From a virus (lineage: Duplodnaviria; Caudoviricetes), in the IMG/VR virus record IMGVR_UViG_3300048011_000285, positions 7,113-71,112 of that record: a stretch of 64,000 bases of DNA; one strand, 5' to 3'. Position 1 is the stretch's first letter. Each line of letters starts with the position of its first letter. Both the position numbers and the translations under genes were made by a program. The notes below the pieces were generated by a model. The model was not told the origin of the DNA. It saw only the letters and a program-made list of their open reading frames with translations, and made no database searches. Positions 1 through 9,828 of the stretch are shown piece by piece.

Positions 1-1
1 A

Positions 2-1132
2 CAACGTAAATATGAACTGAGTGGTGGGACACGTTCCGATGACTGTGCAGGTTGCTGGAAGACAGAAGATGCAAGTGGAAGTAGTGTACGTACCGAGTAT
101 ACAAAAAACTTTGAAATACTATGGAAACGAAGATTAGAAAAAGCTGTACATCATCCAAAGAAAGCAATACAATTTCATCAAGAGATACAACAACATGATG
201 GTTTTCGTTTTATTGAATTAGAACTTACGAACAAATGTAACATGGCATGTGCATATTGTTGGGAAGGTTCTAGTACACGTTGGCAAAAAGAAACTGGTAA
301 TAGAATGCCAGATACAGATGATGCGATATTTTCAAAAGTAATTGGACTACTTAATGAATACTGGGAAGGTGATTTAGGCAAGAACAACTATGTTAATTTT
401 AGTCTATTGGGCGGCGAACCGTTCTTTACTAATCACATGTATGAATTTTTAGAAGATTTTATCGTTAACCTAAATGACACGAAACGTACAGAACAGCGTA
501 TAGTTGTAACCGTCACTACCAATCTAAACTTTCCAAAACACAAGTTTGATAAATTTATGAAACTCGTAAAGAGAACCCCTAATATTCAATATCAAATGCA
601 GTTGTCAAACGAAGCAGTTGGTAAGCGCAGTGAACTAATACGATGGGGATTGAACTGGAACACTTGGGATAATAATTTAGATGCATTCTTTACAGAATCG
701 AAGAAGCATAAAAATTTAATATTAGGATTTGGTTGCGCACATAATAGTTTAAGTTATCCTTATTTTAAAGAATACCTAAAATACATCAATGAAAAAGTCA
801 TACATCATGATTTTAAAAGAACACTAATATTCCATACGAATTGGGTAGATAATCCAAATCATTTAGCTGTGAATATGATTGATCCTAATATGTCAGATGT
901 TGCACAAGAAATAATCGATTATTTTGAGAATGAGTTTACTGCAAATGTATATCAGAAATCAAAATATACAAATGTATTGCATACATTAAAAAGACATGTA
1001 GAATCCACTGTTAGTGATGAAGATAAAGAGAATGCGTTCAAGCAATTTAAAATACTTGAAGACCGTAGAAAAATTTCATTCGTAGAACAGTTTCCACACT
1101 ATAATAGTATAGTTAAAATCCCGCATAAATAA
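2..1132 (+). CDS. Radical SAM protein with N-terminal Twitch/SPASM-like Cys region (5' truncated by window edge)
   Basis: Frame of the 242 ORF is open from base 2: ...DDCAGCWKTE...FIELELTNKCNMACAYC (CxxxCxxC), then LLGGEPF and VTTN. Confidence 0.85.
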   Translation, partial: QRKYELSGGTRSDDCAGCWKTEDASGSSVRTEYTKNFEILWKRRLEKAVHHPKKAIQFHQEIQQHDGFRFIELELTNKCNMACAYCWEGSSTRWQKETGNRMPDTDDAIFSKVIGLLNEYWEGDLGKNNYVNFSLLGGEPFFTNHMYEFLEDFIVNLNDTKRTEQRIVVTVTTNLNFPKHKFDKFMKLVKRTPNIQYQMQLSNEAVGKRSELIRWGLNWNTWDNNLDAFFTESKKHKNLILGFGCAHNSLSYPYFKEYLKYINEKVIHHDFKRTLIFHTNWVDNPNHLAVNMIDPNMSDVAQEIIDYFENEFTANVYQKSKYTNVLHTLKRHVESTVSDEDKENAFKQFKILEDRRKISFVEQFPHYNSIVKIPHK

Positions 1133-1139
1133 CATATAA

Positions 1140-1147
1140 GATAAATA
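1140..1147 (+). promoter_or_regulatory. Putative T4-like late promoter (GATAAATA)
   Basis: Matches TATAAATA-type consensus, 5 nt before ATG 1153; the same motif recurs in several intergenic gaps. Confidence 0.5.
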
Positions 1148-1152
1148 CTATT

Positions 1153-1356
1153 ATGAAAATAAATGAAATCATATCCGAAACTTTCGCTGGCTCATTTGCC
1201 GGGGTGAACACTTCCTTAGGAGGTGGCGATCCTGCTGCAAGTATATATGCTAAAAAGCCAAAGGGTAAGAAGAAAAAAACTAAAATGGGTTACAGTGCAG
1301 ATGTCGGTAATCTTGCATACAATAAACCAGTCAAAACACAAATGATTAAAAGATAA
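1153..1356 (+). CDS. Small basic hypothetical protein, probable virion/head protein
   Basis: MKINEIISE N-terminus typical of head-processed proteins of large myophages; Lys-rich. Confidence 0.55.
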   Translation: MKINEIISETFAGSFAGVNTSLGGGDPAASIYAKKPKGKKKKTKMGYSADVGNLAYNKPVKTQMIKR

Positions 1357-1367
1357 GGTAGAATAAA

Positions 1368-3065
1368 ATGAAACTGTCACAACTAATCGAGTCTTTTGTA
1401 ATCTCTAATGATGAATTCGAAGATTACCTAAATAGAGCTACGGAACAATTAACACAAGAACTACAGTCAGGTAAGAACCCACGTGACGCAGTTCATGATT
1501 TAGCACTAACATTCGCAGATCAGCACAACAAATCATATGATGCATACACACGTATGTCAGACTCATTATCAGCAAGAATGCATACACTAGAACTAGATGG
1601 TTCAACGTCTACTGAAATAGCTCCTGCCGATATGACGAATGGACCAGAAATGTCTGACATGGGTATGGATGATATGAGCGCAGAACCAGAGATGATGACA
1701 GACCCAATGGGTGACATGGAAATGGAAACTCCAGCACAAGACGAAATGCCAGGTGACAGTGACATGGAAGATTATGCTGCGGTAATGGACAATGAGCCAG
1801 AAATTGAAGAATCAGTAAACGAAGGTACAAAAGGTTGTGCAGATTGTGACTGGATCAAAGATGAAACTGACGGCGACATTGATACCTGTGATGAGTGTGC
1901 GGCAGAAAAGCGCAAGACTAATGAGAGCGGTATTCTTTATAAAGCAGGCAAAAAGAAGTACGGCGAAAAAGGTATGAAAAAGATTCAATCAGCTGCAGGC
2001 AAAGGCGCTTCAGCAGAAGAAATTGGACGTATCAAAGATCAGCATAATAAGAAAAAGAAGACAACTGAAGCATCAGACGCAGATGAGAAAGCACGTCAAC
2101 GTGCATTTGCTAAAGCAGATGAACCAGAACGTGGTGAGAAACCTAAAAAGGTATCTCTAAAGAAAGCACCTTGGGAAGAGTCAGTAAACGAAGGCGATGA
2201 TACAGTTAAAGTAGTCTTTAGAAAATTCGATAATGGTGATGTGATTGCATTGTTCCCAGAAGAAGAACAGGGTCGTGGACTGATTACTTCATACATGGAA
2301 ATTGGTCAGCATGGTGACGCATCTAAGTCATTGATTACTGACTTAGAACCAGCATCAAAAGAAGAATACGCAAAACTAGCCGCTGAACTAAAGCGCATTG
2401 GTTATGATATTGTTATGGCAGAGTCAGTTAATGAAGCGAAAGCATCAGTACTAGATCAACTACAAAGCATTGTAGATGACAAGCAAGCAAAATCAATTAA
2501 GTTTGATGACGGTTCTTCAAAAGTAGACATGTTCACAGCATCAGCTATCACACAAGTACATGCTAAAGTAAACGATGATAACAAAGCTAAAATTGAAAAA
2601 ATGCTTAACACTCGTACAGGTTTAATGAAGATTGCTAAAGTTGCAATGGGCGCATTAAAAGAAGGCAAGCTAGATGAAATTCTTCCAGCAGTAGGCGCCG
2701 TAGCAGGTGGAGTTGCAAGAGCAGCAATGTCAAAAGGCATTAAAGGTGCGGCGACACGTGCGGGTATCAAAGGCGTAGCAAATAAAATGTCAAATAACAA
2801 TGAAGCAAATGACATAGCCGATAGAATTATGCGTACAAGTTCACGTCAATCTTTCTCAGAGTATAATGAGTTCTACAAAGAACTAGACAAAGCGGCAAAG
2901 GAAGGAAAGAAGAAGGGTGATACAATCTCCGTCGGTGGGACTAAAATCAAACTGAAATCAGCTCCTAAGCCAATGGATCAACTTTCAGACGCAGAGATGG
3001 ATAAAATTGATGCATTAGCAATTCGTCTAAGTGAAAAAGGTTGTTCATCAAAATATAAAAAATAA
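1368..3065 (+). CDS. Probable internal head/prohead-core polyprotein with repeated protease cleavage motifs
   Basis: MKLSQLIE start; repeated ESVNE / xxE motifs separating acidic, basic and globular modules. Confidence 0.55.
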   Translation: MKLSQLIESFVISNDEFEDYLNRATEQLTQELQSGKNPRDAVHDLALTFADQHNKSYDAYTRMSDSLSARMHTLELDGSTSTEIAPADMTNGPEMSDMGMDDMSAEPEMMTDPMGDMEMETPAQDEMPGDSDMEDYAAVMDNEPEIEESVNEGTKGCADCDWIKDETDGDIDTCDECAAEKRKTNESGILYKAGKKKYGEKGMKKIQSAAGKGASAEEIGRIKDQHNKKKKTTEASDADEKARQRAFAKADEPERGEKPKKVSLKKAPWEESVNEGDDTVKVVFRKFDNGDVIALFPEEEQGRGLITSYMEIGQHGDASKSLITDLEPASKEEYAKLAAELKRIGYDIVMAESVNEAKASVLDQLQSIVDDKQAKSIKFDDGSSKVDMFTASAITQVHAKVNDDNKAKIEKMLNTRTGLMKIAKVAMGALKEGKLDEILPAVGAVAGGVARAAMSKGIKGAATRAGIKGVANKMSNNNEANDIADRIMRTSSRQSFSEYNEFYKELDKAAKEGKKKGDTISVGGTKIKLKSAPKPMDQLSDAEMDKIDALAIRLSEKGCSSKYKK

Positions 3066-3068
3066 CTA

Positions 3069-3097
3069 TTGACATAAGAACACCTCTGTGTTATATT
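3069..3097 (+). promoter_or_regulatory. Sigma70-type promoter
   Basis: TTGACA-17 nt-TATATT upstream of the replication genes. Confidence 0.7.
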
Positions 3098-3100
3098 AAA

Positions 3101-3128
3101 GGGAACTCAATTAAGAGTTCCTTTTTTT
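3101..3128 (+). terminator. Rho-independent terminator
   Basis: GGAACTC-aattaa-GAGTTCC hairpin followed by a T7 run. Confidence 0.75.
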
Positions 3129-3152
3129 ATAACCTTATGAGGAGATTAACAC

Positions 3153-3413
3153 ATGTCATTAGATAGCATTTCAAGCGAAGAAAAAGCAAAACTGAAGCAA
3201 CTTGTAGACGAAGGATGTTCTGTATTACAAGAAGTAGATGACCTTAAAGGTGGTCTGCGTGATACTGTAAAAGCTATTGCAGAAGAACTAGATATCAAAC
3301 CTGCTGTACTCAACAAAGCAATTTCACTCGCACACAAAGCAAATCTTCAAGGTGCGAAACAAGACTTCGAAGACGTTGAAACTGTACTTGAGACTGTAGG
3401 ACGCACACTATAA
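3153..3413 (+). CDS. dsDNA-binding protein, T4 DsbA/GapR-like
   Basis: 86 aa helical protein (LRDTVKAIAEELDIKPAVLNKAI) directly upstream of the DNA polymerase. Confidence 0.65.
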   Translation: MSLDSISSEEKAKLKQLVDEGCSVLQEVDDLKGGLRDTVKAIAEELDIKPAVLNKAISLAHKANLQGAKQDFEDVETVLETVGRTL

Positions 3414-6212
3414 ATGAGCTATGTAGACGCATACTACAACAAAGATAAAGATATTGTGCAAGTTGTTGAGCGTATCAACGGCAAACGCATTTATCAAGAC
3501 TATCCTGCGTGGCGTACATTCTATGTACGTGACGATAGGGGATCTCATACAAGTATTCACGGCGAGAAAGTACGTCAAGTAAAAGTGAAACGCTTAAAGG
3601 ATATGCATAAAGAGCTACGTATAAACTCAGATAAAAAGATTTATGAAAGTGATATTAAACCTGAGGTTCGCTGTTTAGCAGAGAACTATCTAGGTAAGGA
3701 CTCTCCTGAATTGAATGTAGCGTTTTTCGATATCGAGGTAGACTTTGATGCTGACCGAGGCTTTGCTCCGCCAGAAGATCCGTTCATGCCAATTACAGCG
3801 ATTACAGTTCATCTACAGTGGTTAGACCAACTTGTAACGTTTGTTATCCCGCCTGAAAATATGCGTGATGGTGCAGGACTAGAAGAAGCACAACGTCTGT
3901 GTGATAAATTCGAGAATACATTCTTGTATCTATCAGAAGCAGATATGCTTAACGACTTTCTAGCCCTCATTGAGGATGCAGATGTTCTCAGTGGTTGGAA
4001 CTCTGAGGGTTTCGATATTCCATATACTGTCAATCGTATTATTCGTATTTTAAGTAAATCGCATTTGCGCAAACTATGTTTGTGGGACTTGATGCCGAAG
4101 TCAAAGATGATTGTCAAGTATGGACGTGAACAACAGAGCTACGTGTTATCTGGTCGCATTCACCTTGATTATCTTGAACTGTATCGCAAGTATACATATC
4201 ATGAAATGCATTCATATTCACTTGATGCTATTGGTGAATACGAAGTAGGTGAGAAGAAGATTGCTTATGAAGGTACACTAGATCAGTTGTACAACCAAGA
4301 CTTCTACAAGTTTATTGAATATAATAGACAAGACGTTGCACTACTTGACCAGTTGGATAAGAAGCTACGCTTTATTGATTTAGCAAACGAAATTGCACAC
4401 GACAATACTGTTAACATTCAAACTACGATGGGTGCGGTTGCTGTTACTGAACAAGCCATCATTAACGAAGCACATCGACGGGGTATGGTTGTCCCAGATA
4501 GAAAACGCCGTAGTTGGGATACAGAAGAGGAAGATTATGAGCCCACTCTAGAGGAAGAAGCAGATGCAGAAGCACAGAAAGCTGCAGGCGCATTTGTTGC
4601 TGACCCACAAAAGGGCATACAACGCTGGGTAGCAGGCATTGATATTAACTCACTATATCCTTCTATCATTCGAGCCTTGAATATGTCACCAGAGACTATT
4701 ACTGCACAGCTACGACAAGATTATACAACTGAAATGATTTCATCACGTATTCAAAAAGGTCGTGGCGGAAAGAATAAAGGCTTTGGTGCAGCACAAGCAT
4801 GGGAAGATACATTCTGTACAGAAGAATTCCGTTTCATGAATGAGAAAGATAAAACACATATGATGCATCTTGATATGGAGAACGAAGAGGTTCATCAAGT
4901 ATCAGGCGCAGAAGCATATGATTTGCTTTATAACTCAGGGTTACCTTGGGCTATGAGTGCAAATGGTACTGTCTTCAAGCAAGATGTACAAGGGATCATC
5001 CCTAGCTTGCTAGAGCGTTGGTATGCAGAACGTAAAGTTCTACAGAAGAACATGCGCGAAGTTCGTGAAAAAGGCGGAACTGATGAAGAGATTGCATTCT
5101 GGGATAAACGACAACTTGTTAAAAAGATTAACTTGAACAGTCTGTATGGTGCGATTTTGAATCAGGGTTGTCGCTTTTACGATAAACGCATCGGACAATC
5201 AACTACATTGTCTGGTCGTTGTATCACACGTCACATGGGTGCTAAGACTAATGAAGTTATCGATGGCACGTATGACTATAAAGGCAAGTCTGTAATCTAT
5301 GGCGACACTGACTCTATCTATTATTCAATGTATCCTTCATATCAAAAAGAGATTGATAGCGGTGAGATTGAATGGGATAAAGAAATTGCTCTGACAATGT
5401 ATGATGAAATTGCTGACCAAGTGAATTCAAGTTTCCCTGACTTTATGAAAGAGTTCTTTAACTGTCCACGTAAGCAAGGTGAAATCATTGCAGCGGGCCG
5501 TGAAAACTTAGCAACAATGGCTATCTTCATTAAGAAGAAACGCTATGCTATGTTGATTTACGATGATGATGGTGTACGCCGTGACGTAGATGGTAAGCCT
5601 GGTAAAGTGAAAGCTATGGGACTTGATTTGAAACGTAGTGATACGCCAGACTATATGCAGAAGTTTTTGAGTGAATGTCTACTTACTGTTCTTACTGACG
5701 GCACACAAGATGATCTTATTGAAATGGTAAAAGAATTCAAGAAAGAGTTTCGTGAAAAACCCGGTTGGGAGAAGGGTACTCCTAAGCGTGTTAACAATTT
5801 GACTAAATTCAAGAATGATGTTGCGAAATATAAGAAAGCACAAAATGCTGAATTTAAATTGCGTAGTTCAGAAGATAAGCTACAGAAGCCAAGACTTCCG
5901 GGGCATGTAAGTGCGGCTCTTAATTGGAATACATTGCGTGAAATGAATAGCGACAAATACTCAGTTGAGATTACAGATGGCATGAAAACTATCGTATGTA
6001 AACTCAAAGACAACCCAATGAAGATTACAAGTGTTGCATATCCAATTGATGAGTCTCGCATTCCACAATGGTTTCAAGACTTACCGTTTGATCATGATTT
6101 GATGGAAACAGCAATTATTGACAAGAAGATTGATAATCTTATTGGTGTTCTTAAATGGGACTTGAGTGCGGCAAGCACTAGTGAAACTTTTGATAATTTG
6201 TTTGATTTTTAA
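3414..6212 (+). CDS. DNA polymerase, family B (T4 gp43-like)
   Basis: Exo motifs FFDIEV, GWNSEGFDIPY, YNRQD; pol motifs DINSLYPS, KINLNSLYG, YGDTDS, KKRY. Confidence 0.97.
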   Translation: MSYVDAYYNKDKDIVQVVERINGKRIYQDYPAWRTFYVRDDRGSHTSIHGEKVRQVKVKRLKDMHKELRINSDKKIYESDIKPEVRCLAENYLGKDSPELNVAFFDIEVDFDADRGFAPPEDPFMPITAITVHLQWLDQLVTFVIPPENMRDGAGLEEAQRLCDKFENTFLYLSEADMLNDFLALIEDADVLSGWNSEGFDIPYTVNRIIRILSKSHLRKLCLWDLMPKSKMIVKYGREQQSYVLSGRIHLDYLELYRKYTYHEMHSYSLDAIGEYEVGEKKIAYEGTLDQLYNQDFYKFIEYNRQDVALLDQLDKKLRFIDLANEIAHDNTVNIQTTMGAVAVTEQAIINEAHRRGMVVPDRKRRSWDTEEEDYEPTLEEEADAEAQKAAGAFVADPQKGIQRWVAGIDINSLYPSIIRALNMSPETITAQLRQDYTTEMISSRIQKGRGGKNKGFGAAQAWEDTFCTEEFRFMNEKDKTHMMHLDMENEEVHQVSGAEAYDLLYNSGLPWAMSANGTVFKQDVQGIIPSLLERWYAERKVLQKNMREVREKGGTDEEIAFWDKRQLVKKINLNSLYGAILNQGCRFYDKRIGQSTTLSGRCITRHMGAKTNEVIDGTYDYKGKSVIYGDTDSIYYSMYPSYQKEIDSGEIEWDKEIALTMYDEIADQVNSSFPDFMKEFFNCPRKQGEIIAAGRENLATMAIFIKKKRYAMLIYDDDGVRRDVDGKPGKVKAMGLDLKRSDTPDYMQKFLSECLLTVLTDGTQDDLIEMVKEFKKEFREKPGWEKGTPKRVNNLTKFKNDVAKYKKAQNAEFKLRSSEDKLQKPRLPGHVSAALNWNTLREMNSDKYSVEITDGMKTIVCKLKDNPMKITSVAYPIDESRIPQWFQDLPFDHDLMETAIIDKKIDNLIGVLKWDLSAASTSETFDNLFDF

Positions 6213-6796
6213 TGGCTAAAAGAACACACTTAGAACTAGTACAAAACTTAGGTAGAAATGCTGCATCGGATGAGTGTTATACTCCACCCGATTCAGTTGA
6301 ACCATTGTTGAAGTACTTAGATAAAGATAAGACTTACTATGAAGCAACTAGCGGAAAGTCAGGGCTTATTGTAGAAGGATTTGCCAAGTTTGGTTATAAT
6401 ATCGAACCTAGTAATGGAAAAGATTTCTTTGAATGTGCACCTAGTGATGTGCATGATGGAGTTATCACAAACCCTCCCTACTCACTAAAAGATAAGTTTA
6501 TCCGACATTGTTATGATTTGGGTAAACCGTTTGCTCTATTCTTACCAGTAGCAAGTTTTCAAGGATCAGCACGTGGTAAGATGTTTATGGAGTATGGCAT
6601 GTCAGCACTAGTATACAACAATCGTGTTGACTTCACAGGAGGAGGATCCCCAACATTCGGTAACGCTTGGTTTATACATGGGTTCTTACCACCGAATACA
6701 ATCTATTGGGTAGATAATCCATCTACAGCAAATCCAAGAAAACAAAAAACAGATGATATTGCAGAAAAAACGTTTGACACGTTGTTTGATTTGTGA
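6212..6796 (+). CDS. DNA N6-adenine methyltransferase (small phage type)
   Basis: DECYTP, DFF and ITNPPYS motifs. Confidence 0.8.
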   Translation: MAKRTHLELVQNLGRNAASDECYTPPDSVEPLLKYLDKDKTYYEATSGKSGLIVEGFAKFGYNIEPSNGKDFFECAPSDVHDGVITNPPYSLKDKFIRHCYDLGKPFALFLPVASFQGSARGKMFMEYGMSALVYNNRVDFTGGGSPTFGNAWFIHGFLPPNTIYWVDNPSTANPRKQKTDDIAEKTFDTLFDL

Positions 6797-6802
6797 TATA
6801 GT
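6774..6802 (+). promoter_or_regulatory. Sigma70-type promoter overlapping the MTase 3' end
   Basis: TTGACA-17-TATAGT; GGAG RBS before ATG 6830. Confidence 0.65.
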
Positions 6803-6829
6803 AGAACTAATAAAATATAGGAGAACGCA

Positions 6830-7585
6830 ATGCGTGACATTTTAAAAGATATTGTGAAGCACACACATTCGCTTGGTATCATCCAAGCAGCAAAAGTGAC
6901 AACAGACAGCGAAGCAACAACACTAGATGCGATGGACGATGACCGTACCGTTGTACTACGTGCAAAGCTACATGACCGTGTACCAGAATTTGAAGGCAAG
7001 TTCGGTCTAGGTCGTCTTGGGGTACTAAACGGTTATCTCGGTTATGAAAGCCGCAACAACGAAAATGAAGTCGTGGGTACACATGTAGAGATTAATCGTG
7101 TAGAGCGCAACGGCGAAGAAGTTCCAGCAGAGTTTAACTTTACTATTCCAGGTATTCTGAATTCTACATATCGTGTAATCACCGCAGAACTTGTTGATGC
7201 ACAGATCAAAACAGCAAACTTCAAAGGTGCAAAGTGGGATGTTGAAGTAATGCCAACACAACAAGCAATCAAAGATTTGCAAACTGTTGCGGGTATTCTA
7301 TCAGCATATGATCCATTGTTCACAGTACGTACAGTAGACGGAAATCTACAGTTTACAATTGGTGATGCATCTACAGATAAAGCAGAGATTACATTTGCTC
7401 GTAATGTAGAAGGCGAACTTAAATCGGGTTGGTCATTCCCACTTTCAACAGTGTTGACAATTCTAAAATTAGGTGATACATCATCTATGAGCATTAAAAT
7501 CTCGGATCAAGGTGCAATGGCTATTCATGTCGATAGCGGAATGGGCCTATATGAGTACATTTTACCTGCTAAATCTGGTAATTAA
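6830..7585 (+). CDS. Probable DNA sliding clamp (gp45/PCNA-like)
   Basis: 251 aa, two-domain beta-rich pattern, C-terminal YEYILPA like PCNA/gp45; next to DNA polymerase. Confidence 0.6.
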   Translation: MRDILKDIVKHTHSLGIIQAAKVTTDSEATTLDAMDDDRTVVLRAKLHDRVPEFEGKFGLGRLGVLNGYLGYESRNNENEVVGTHVEINRVERNGEEVPAEFNFTIPGILNSTYRVITAELVDAQIKTANFKGAKWDVEVMPTQQAIKDLQTVAGILSAYDPLFTVRTVDGNLQFTIGDASTDKAEITFARNVEGELKSGWSFPLSTVLTILKLGDTSSMSIKISDQGAMAIHVDSGMGLYEYILPAKSGN

Positions 7586-7627
7586 CCTAAATAAAAGTAT
7601 AACAATATACAAAGGATACAATAATAA

Positions 7628-9190
7628 ATGGTTAAAGACTTAGGTAAAAACAACATCAGTAGCGGTTATGCAGTATTTCTGCCCGCTATTTCTAGCTTCT
7701 ATGTTCGTAAGGTATCACAACATTACGCAGGCACGACAGACATGTTCCCTCCTGAGCGTATCCCTCAGGGATTTGAACATGGACTAGATGGACTAAACAT
7801 CTTAGACAAAGATAAAGGCTATGTGTACTATTCGCATGGTCTTTACTCTGCCGGACATGCAGAACTAGACTTAGAAAAAACTAAAATCGAAGACGGCATG
7901 GTTGTCAATCGTAATAGAGAAGAAACAGTTTTAGTAGGGGATTCAGGAGGGTATCAGATTGGCACCGGTGCTTGGAAACTAGACTGGTCTTCATTCTATG
8001 ATAAAGAAGGGGATTGGGCAAATACACGTCATGGTATTATGGCGTGGCTTGAAGAATATTGTGATTATTCTATGACACTTGATATTCCAGGATGGGCATG
8101 TTTGCCACAGTATCGTGATAAAAACGGTATCAAAAACTGGGATGAATGTGTAGATAAAACAATCTTCAATCACGAATACTTTATCAACAACCGCACACCA
8201 GGCAAGACTAAGTTCTTAAACACTCTACATGGTTCCAATTGGGAAACTAGCGAGAGATGGTACGAGAAAGTCAAGCACTTCAATGATAAGTCAGTATATG
8301 GCGAAAGAGCATTTGAAGGTTATGCGATGGCAGGGGATCATGCGGGTGATGCAGAACTACTACTACGTAGACTTATTCGTTTACGTGATGATGGTTTGCT
8401 CGGACAAGCAAACCAATCAGATGTTTGGATTCATACTCTTGGTATAAGCGTTCTCCCATGGGGTGCTATGTTAACAGCAATCCAACGACAGCTACGAAAG
8501 CATGTTAATCCAAACATCACAATCTCTTTTGATGCAGCGTCTCCCTATATTACTGCATCAAAAGGGTTAGCTTATGACTATCCTGACTTAAATGGCAACG
8601 CTTGGTCTTACAAGACTAAGAAGTTGAATTGGCGTCAAGATATCAGCAATGATAAACAACCCTGGTTGTATGAAGGGGAAATCGGCTCACGTTTGAATAT
8701 GCGAGATATCAATTACATGCAGCCCGGTATGCTAAATCGCAACAAAAAAGAAGCTAAATCAAGTTGGGATAGTCTAAGCTATATTTTAATTCAAGCACAC
8801 AATGCCGAATATCATATTCGTGGTATGCAAGACGCAATACGCAGGTTCGATCACGAATATGAAATGTTACATGATAAATTAGATATCAATAACATGAATT
8901 TGGGTAAAACTAACGTGCTATCCGATGTAGTTCCGGATAGAGTTCTATACTTTGCTAAGTTCGTAGAAGAATTGTTTGATCCCAAGACAACTGACCCAAT
9001 GAAAATGTTGGGCGACTTCAAAGCGTTTCTACGTAAATGTGAAGGTTCCCGTGTTCAGAACATTTCTACAACTCCAGACTTTATGGAGTTCGAAGAAGCA
9101 AATGTAAAGACAGATGAATTCGTAGAAGCAGTTAAGGGCAAGAAGAAAGAATACGAAGAACCTGAAGGAATAGAAGACTTATTCGGATAA
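7628..9190 (+). CDS. tRNA/DNA-guanine transglycosylase (TGT/DpdA-like)
   Basis: GDSGGYQ, MTLDIP, IHTLG and SFDAASP motifs of the TGT fold; adjacent to QueD/FolE/QueE. Confidence 0.75.
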   Translation: MVKDLGKNNISSGYAVFLPAISSFYVRKVSQHYAGTTDMFPPERIPQGFEHGLDGLNILDKDKGYVYYSHGLYSAGHAELDLEKTKIEDGMVVNRNREETVLVGDSGGYQIGTGAWKLDWSSFYDKEGDWANTRHGIMAWLEEYCDYSMTLDIPGWACLPQYRDKNGIKNWDECVDKTIFNHEYFINNRTPGKTKFLNTLHGSNWETSERWYEKVKHFNDKSVYGERAFEGYAMAGDHAGDAELLLRRLIRLRDDGLLGQANQSDVWIHTLGISVLPWGAMLTAIQRQLRKHVNPNITISFDAASPYITASKGLAYDYPDLNGNAWSYKTKKLNWRQDISNDKQPWLYEGEIGSRLNMRDINYMQPGMLNRNKKEAKSSWDSLSYILIQAHNAEYHIRGMQDAIRRFDHEYEMLHDKLDINNMNLGKTNVLSDVVPDRVLYFAKFVEELFDPKTTDPMKMLGDFKAFLRKCEGSRVQNISTTPDFMEFEEANVKTDEFVEAVKGKKKEYEEPEGIEDLFG

Positions 9191-9200
9191 GGAGGTATAT

Positions 9201-9380
9201 ATGACACCCGAAAAGAAACAAGCACGACTAGATAGCCTAAGAAAAAAGCACAGAGAACTTGACAATCATATCAAAAAAGAGTATAACTTACACTTAGATG
9301 TGAATCATTTAAAATCTGAGAAACTACGAATGAAATCAGAGATTTATGCTTTAGAGCGGGAACTTGGAGATAATGGGTAG
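9201..9380 (+). CDS. Small coiled-coil protein, DUF465/YdcH-like (59 aa, not in ORF track)
   Basis: GGAGG RBS; MTPEKKQARLDSLRKKHRELDNHIK...LKSEKLRMKSEI. Confidence 0.7.
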   Translation: MTPEKKQARLDSLRKKHRELDNHIKKEYNLHLDVNHLKSEKLRMKSEIYALERELGDNG

Positions 9381-9828
9381 TTACTATAATTATATGCTAA
9401 CAGAAACTAGGAAAGCAAACATGAAAGACGATATGGAAAAACAAAAACAAAATGCAAAACGTTGGATTTGGGTTACTTTTCAAAAAGAAGGTATTCACAA
9501 GTATCCAGCTGCATTGACAGATCCTGCTCTAGCGACAGGCGATGAATATGATGTATCTTTTTTGGGATATCCGCATCGTCACATGTTTCATTTCCGTGTA
9601 GCAATTAAAGTAACACATAATGACAGAGACATTGAATTCATTCAATTCAAGCGTTGGTTAGAAAACTTGTACAAAGATAATGTTATCGAACTTGATTATA
9701 AATCATGCGAAATGATGTCTGATGATTTGTTTGATCAAATCGTTGCGAAGTATCCAGGGCGTGATATTAAAATCGAAATCTCTGAAGACGGAGAAAACGG
9801 AGCATTAGTAGAATATGACGCTCAGTGA
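9373..9828 (+). CDS. queD: 6-carboxy-tetrahydropterin synthase, QueD-like (T-fold)
   Basis: EGIH, HRHMFH, DRDIEF and SCE motifs; lies in the queuosine-gene cluster. Confidence 0.75.
   Translation: MGSYYNYMLTETRKANMKDDMEKQKQNAKRWIWVTFQKEGIHKYPAALTDPALATGDEYDVSFLGYPHRHMFHFRVAIKVTHNDRDIEFIQFKRWLENLYKDNVIELDYKSCEMMSDDLFDQIVAKYPGRDIKIEISEDGENGALVEYDAQ

Noticed and set aside
3414-6212. Intein or intron in DNA polymerase (also checked thyA)
   Set aside because: Lengths are ordinary, motifs contiguous, no intein C..HN signature seen
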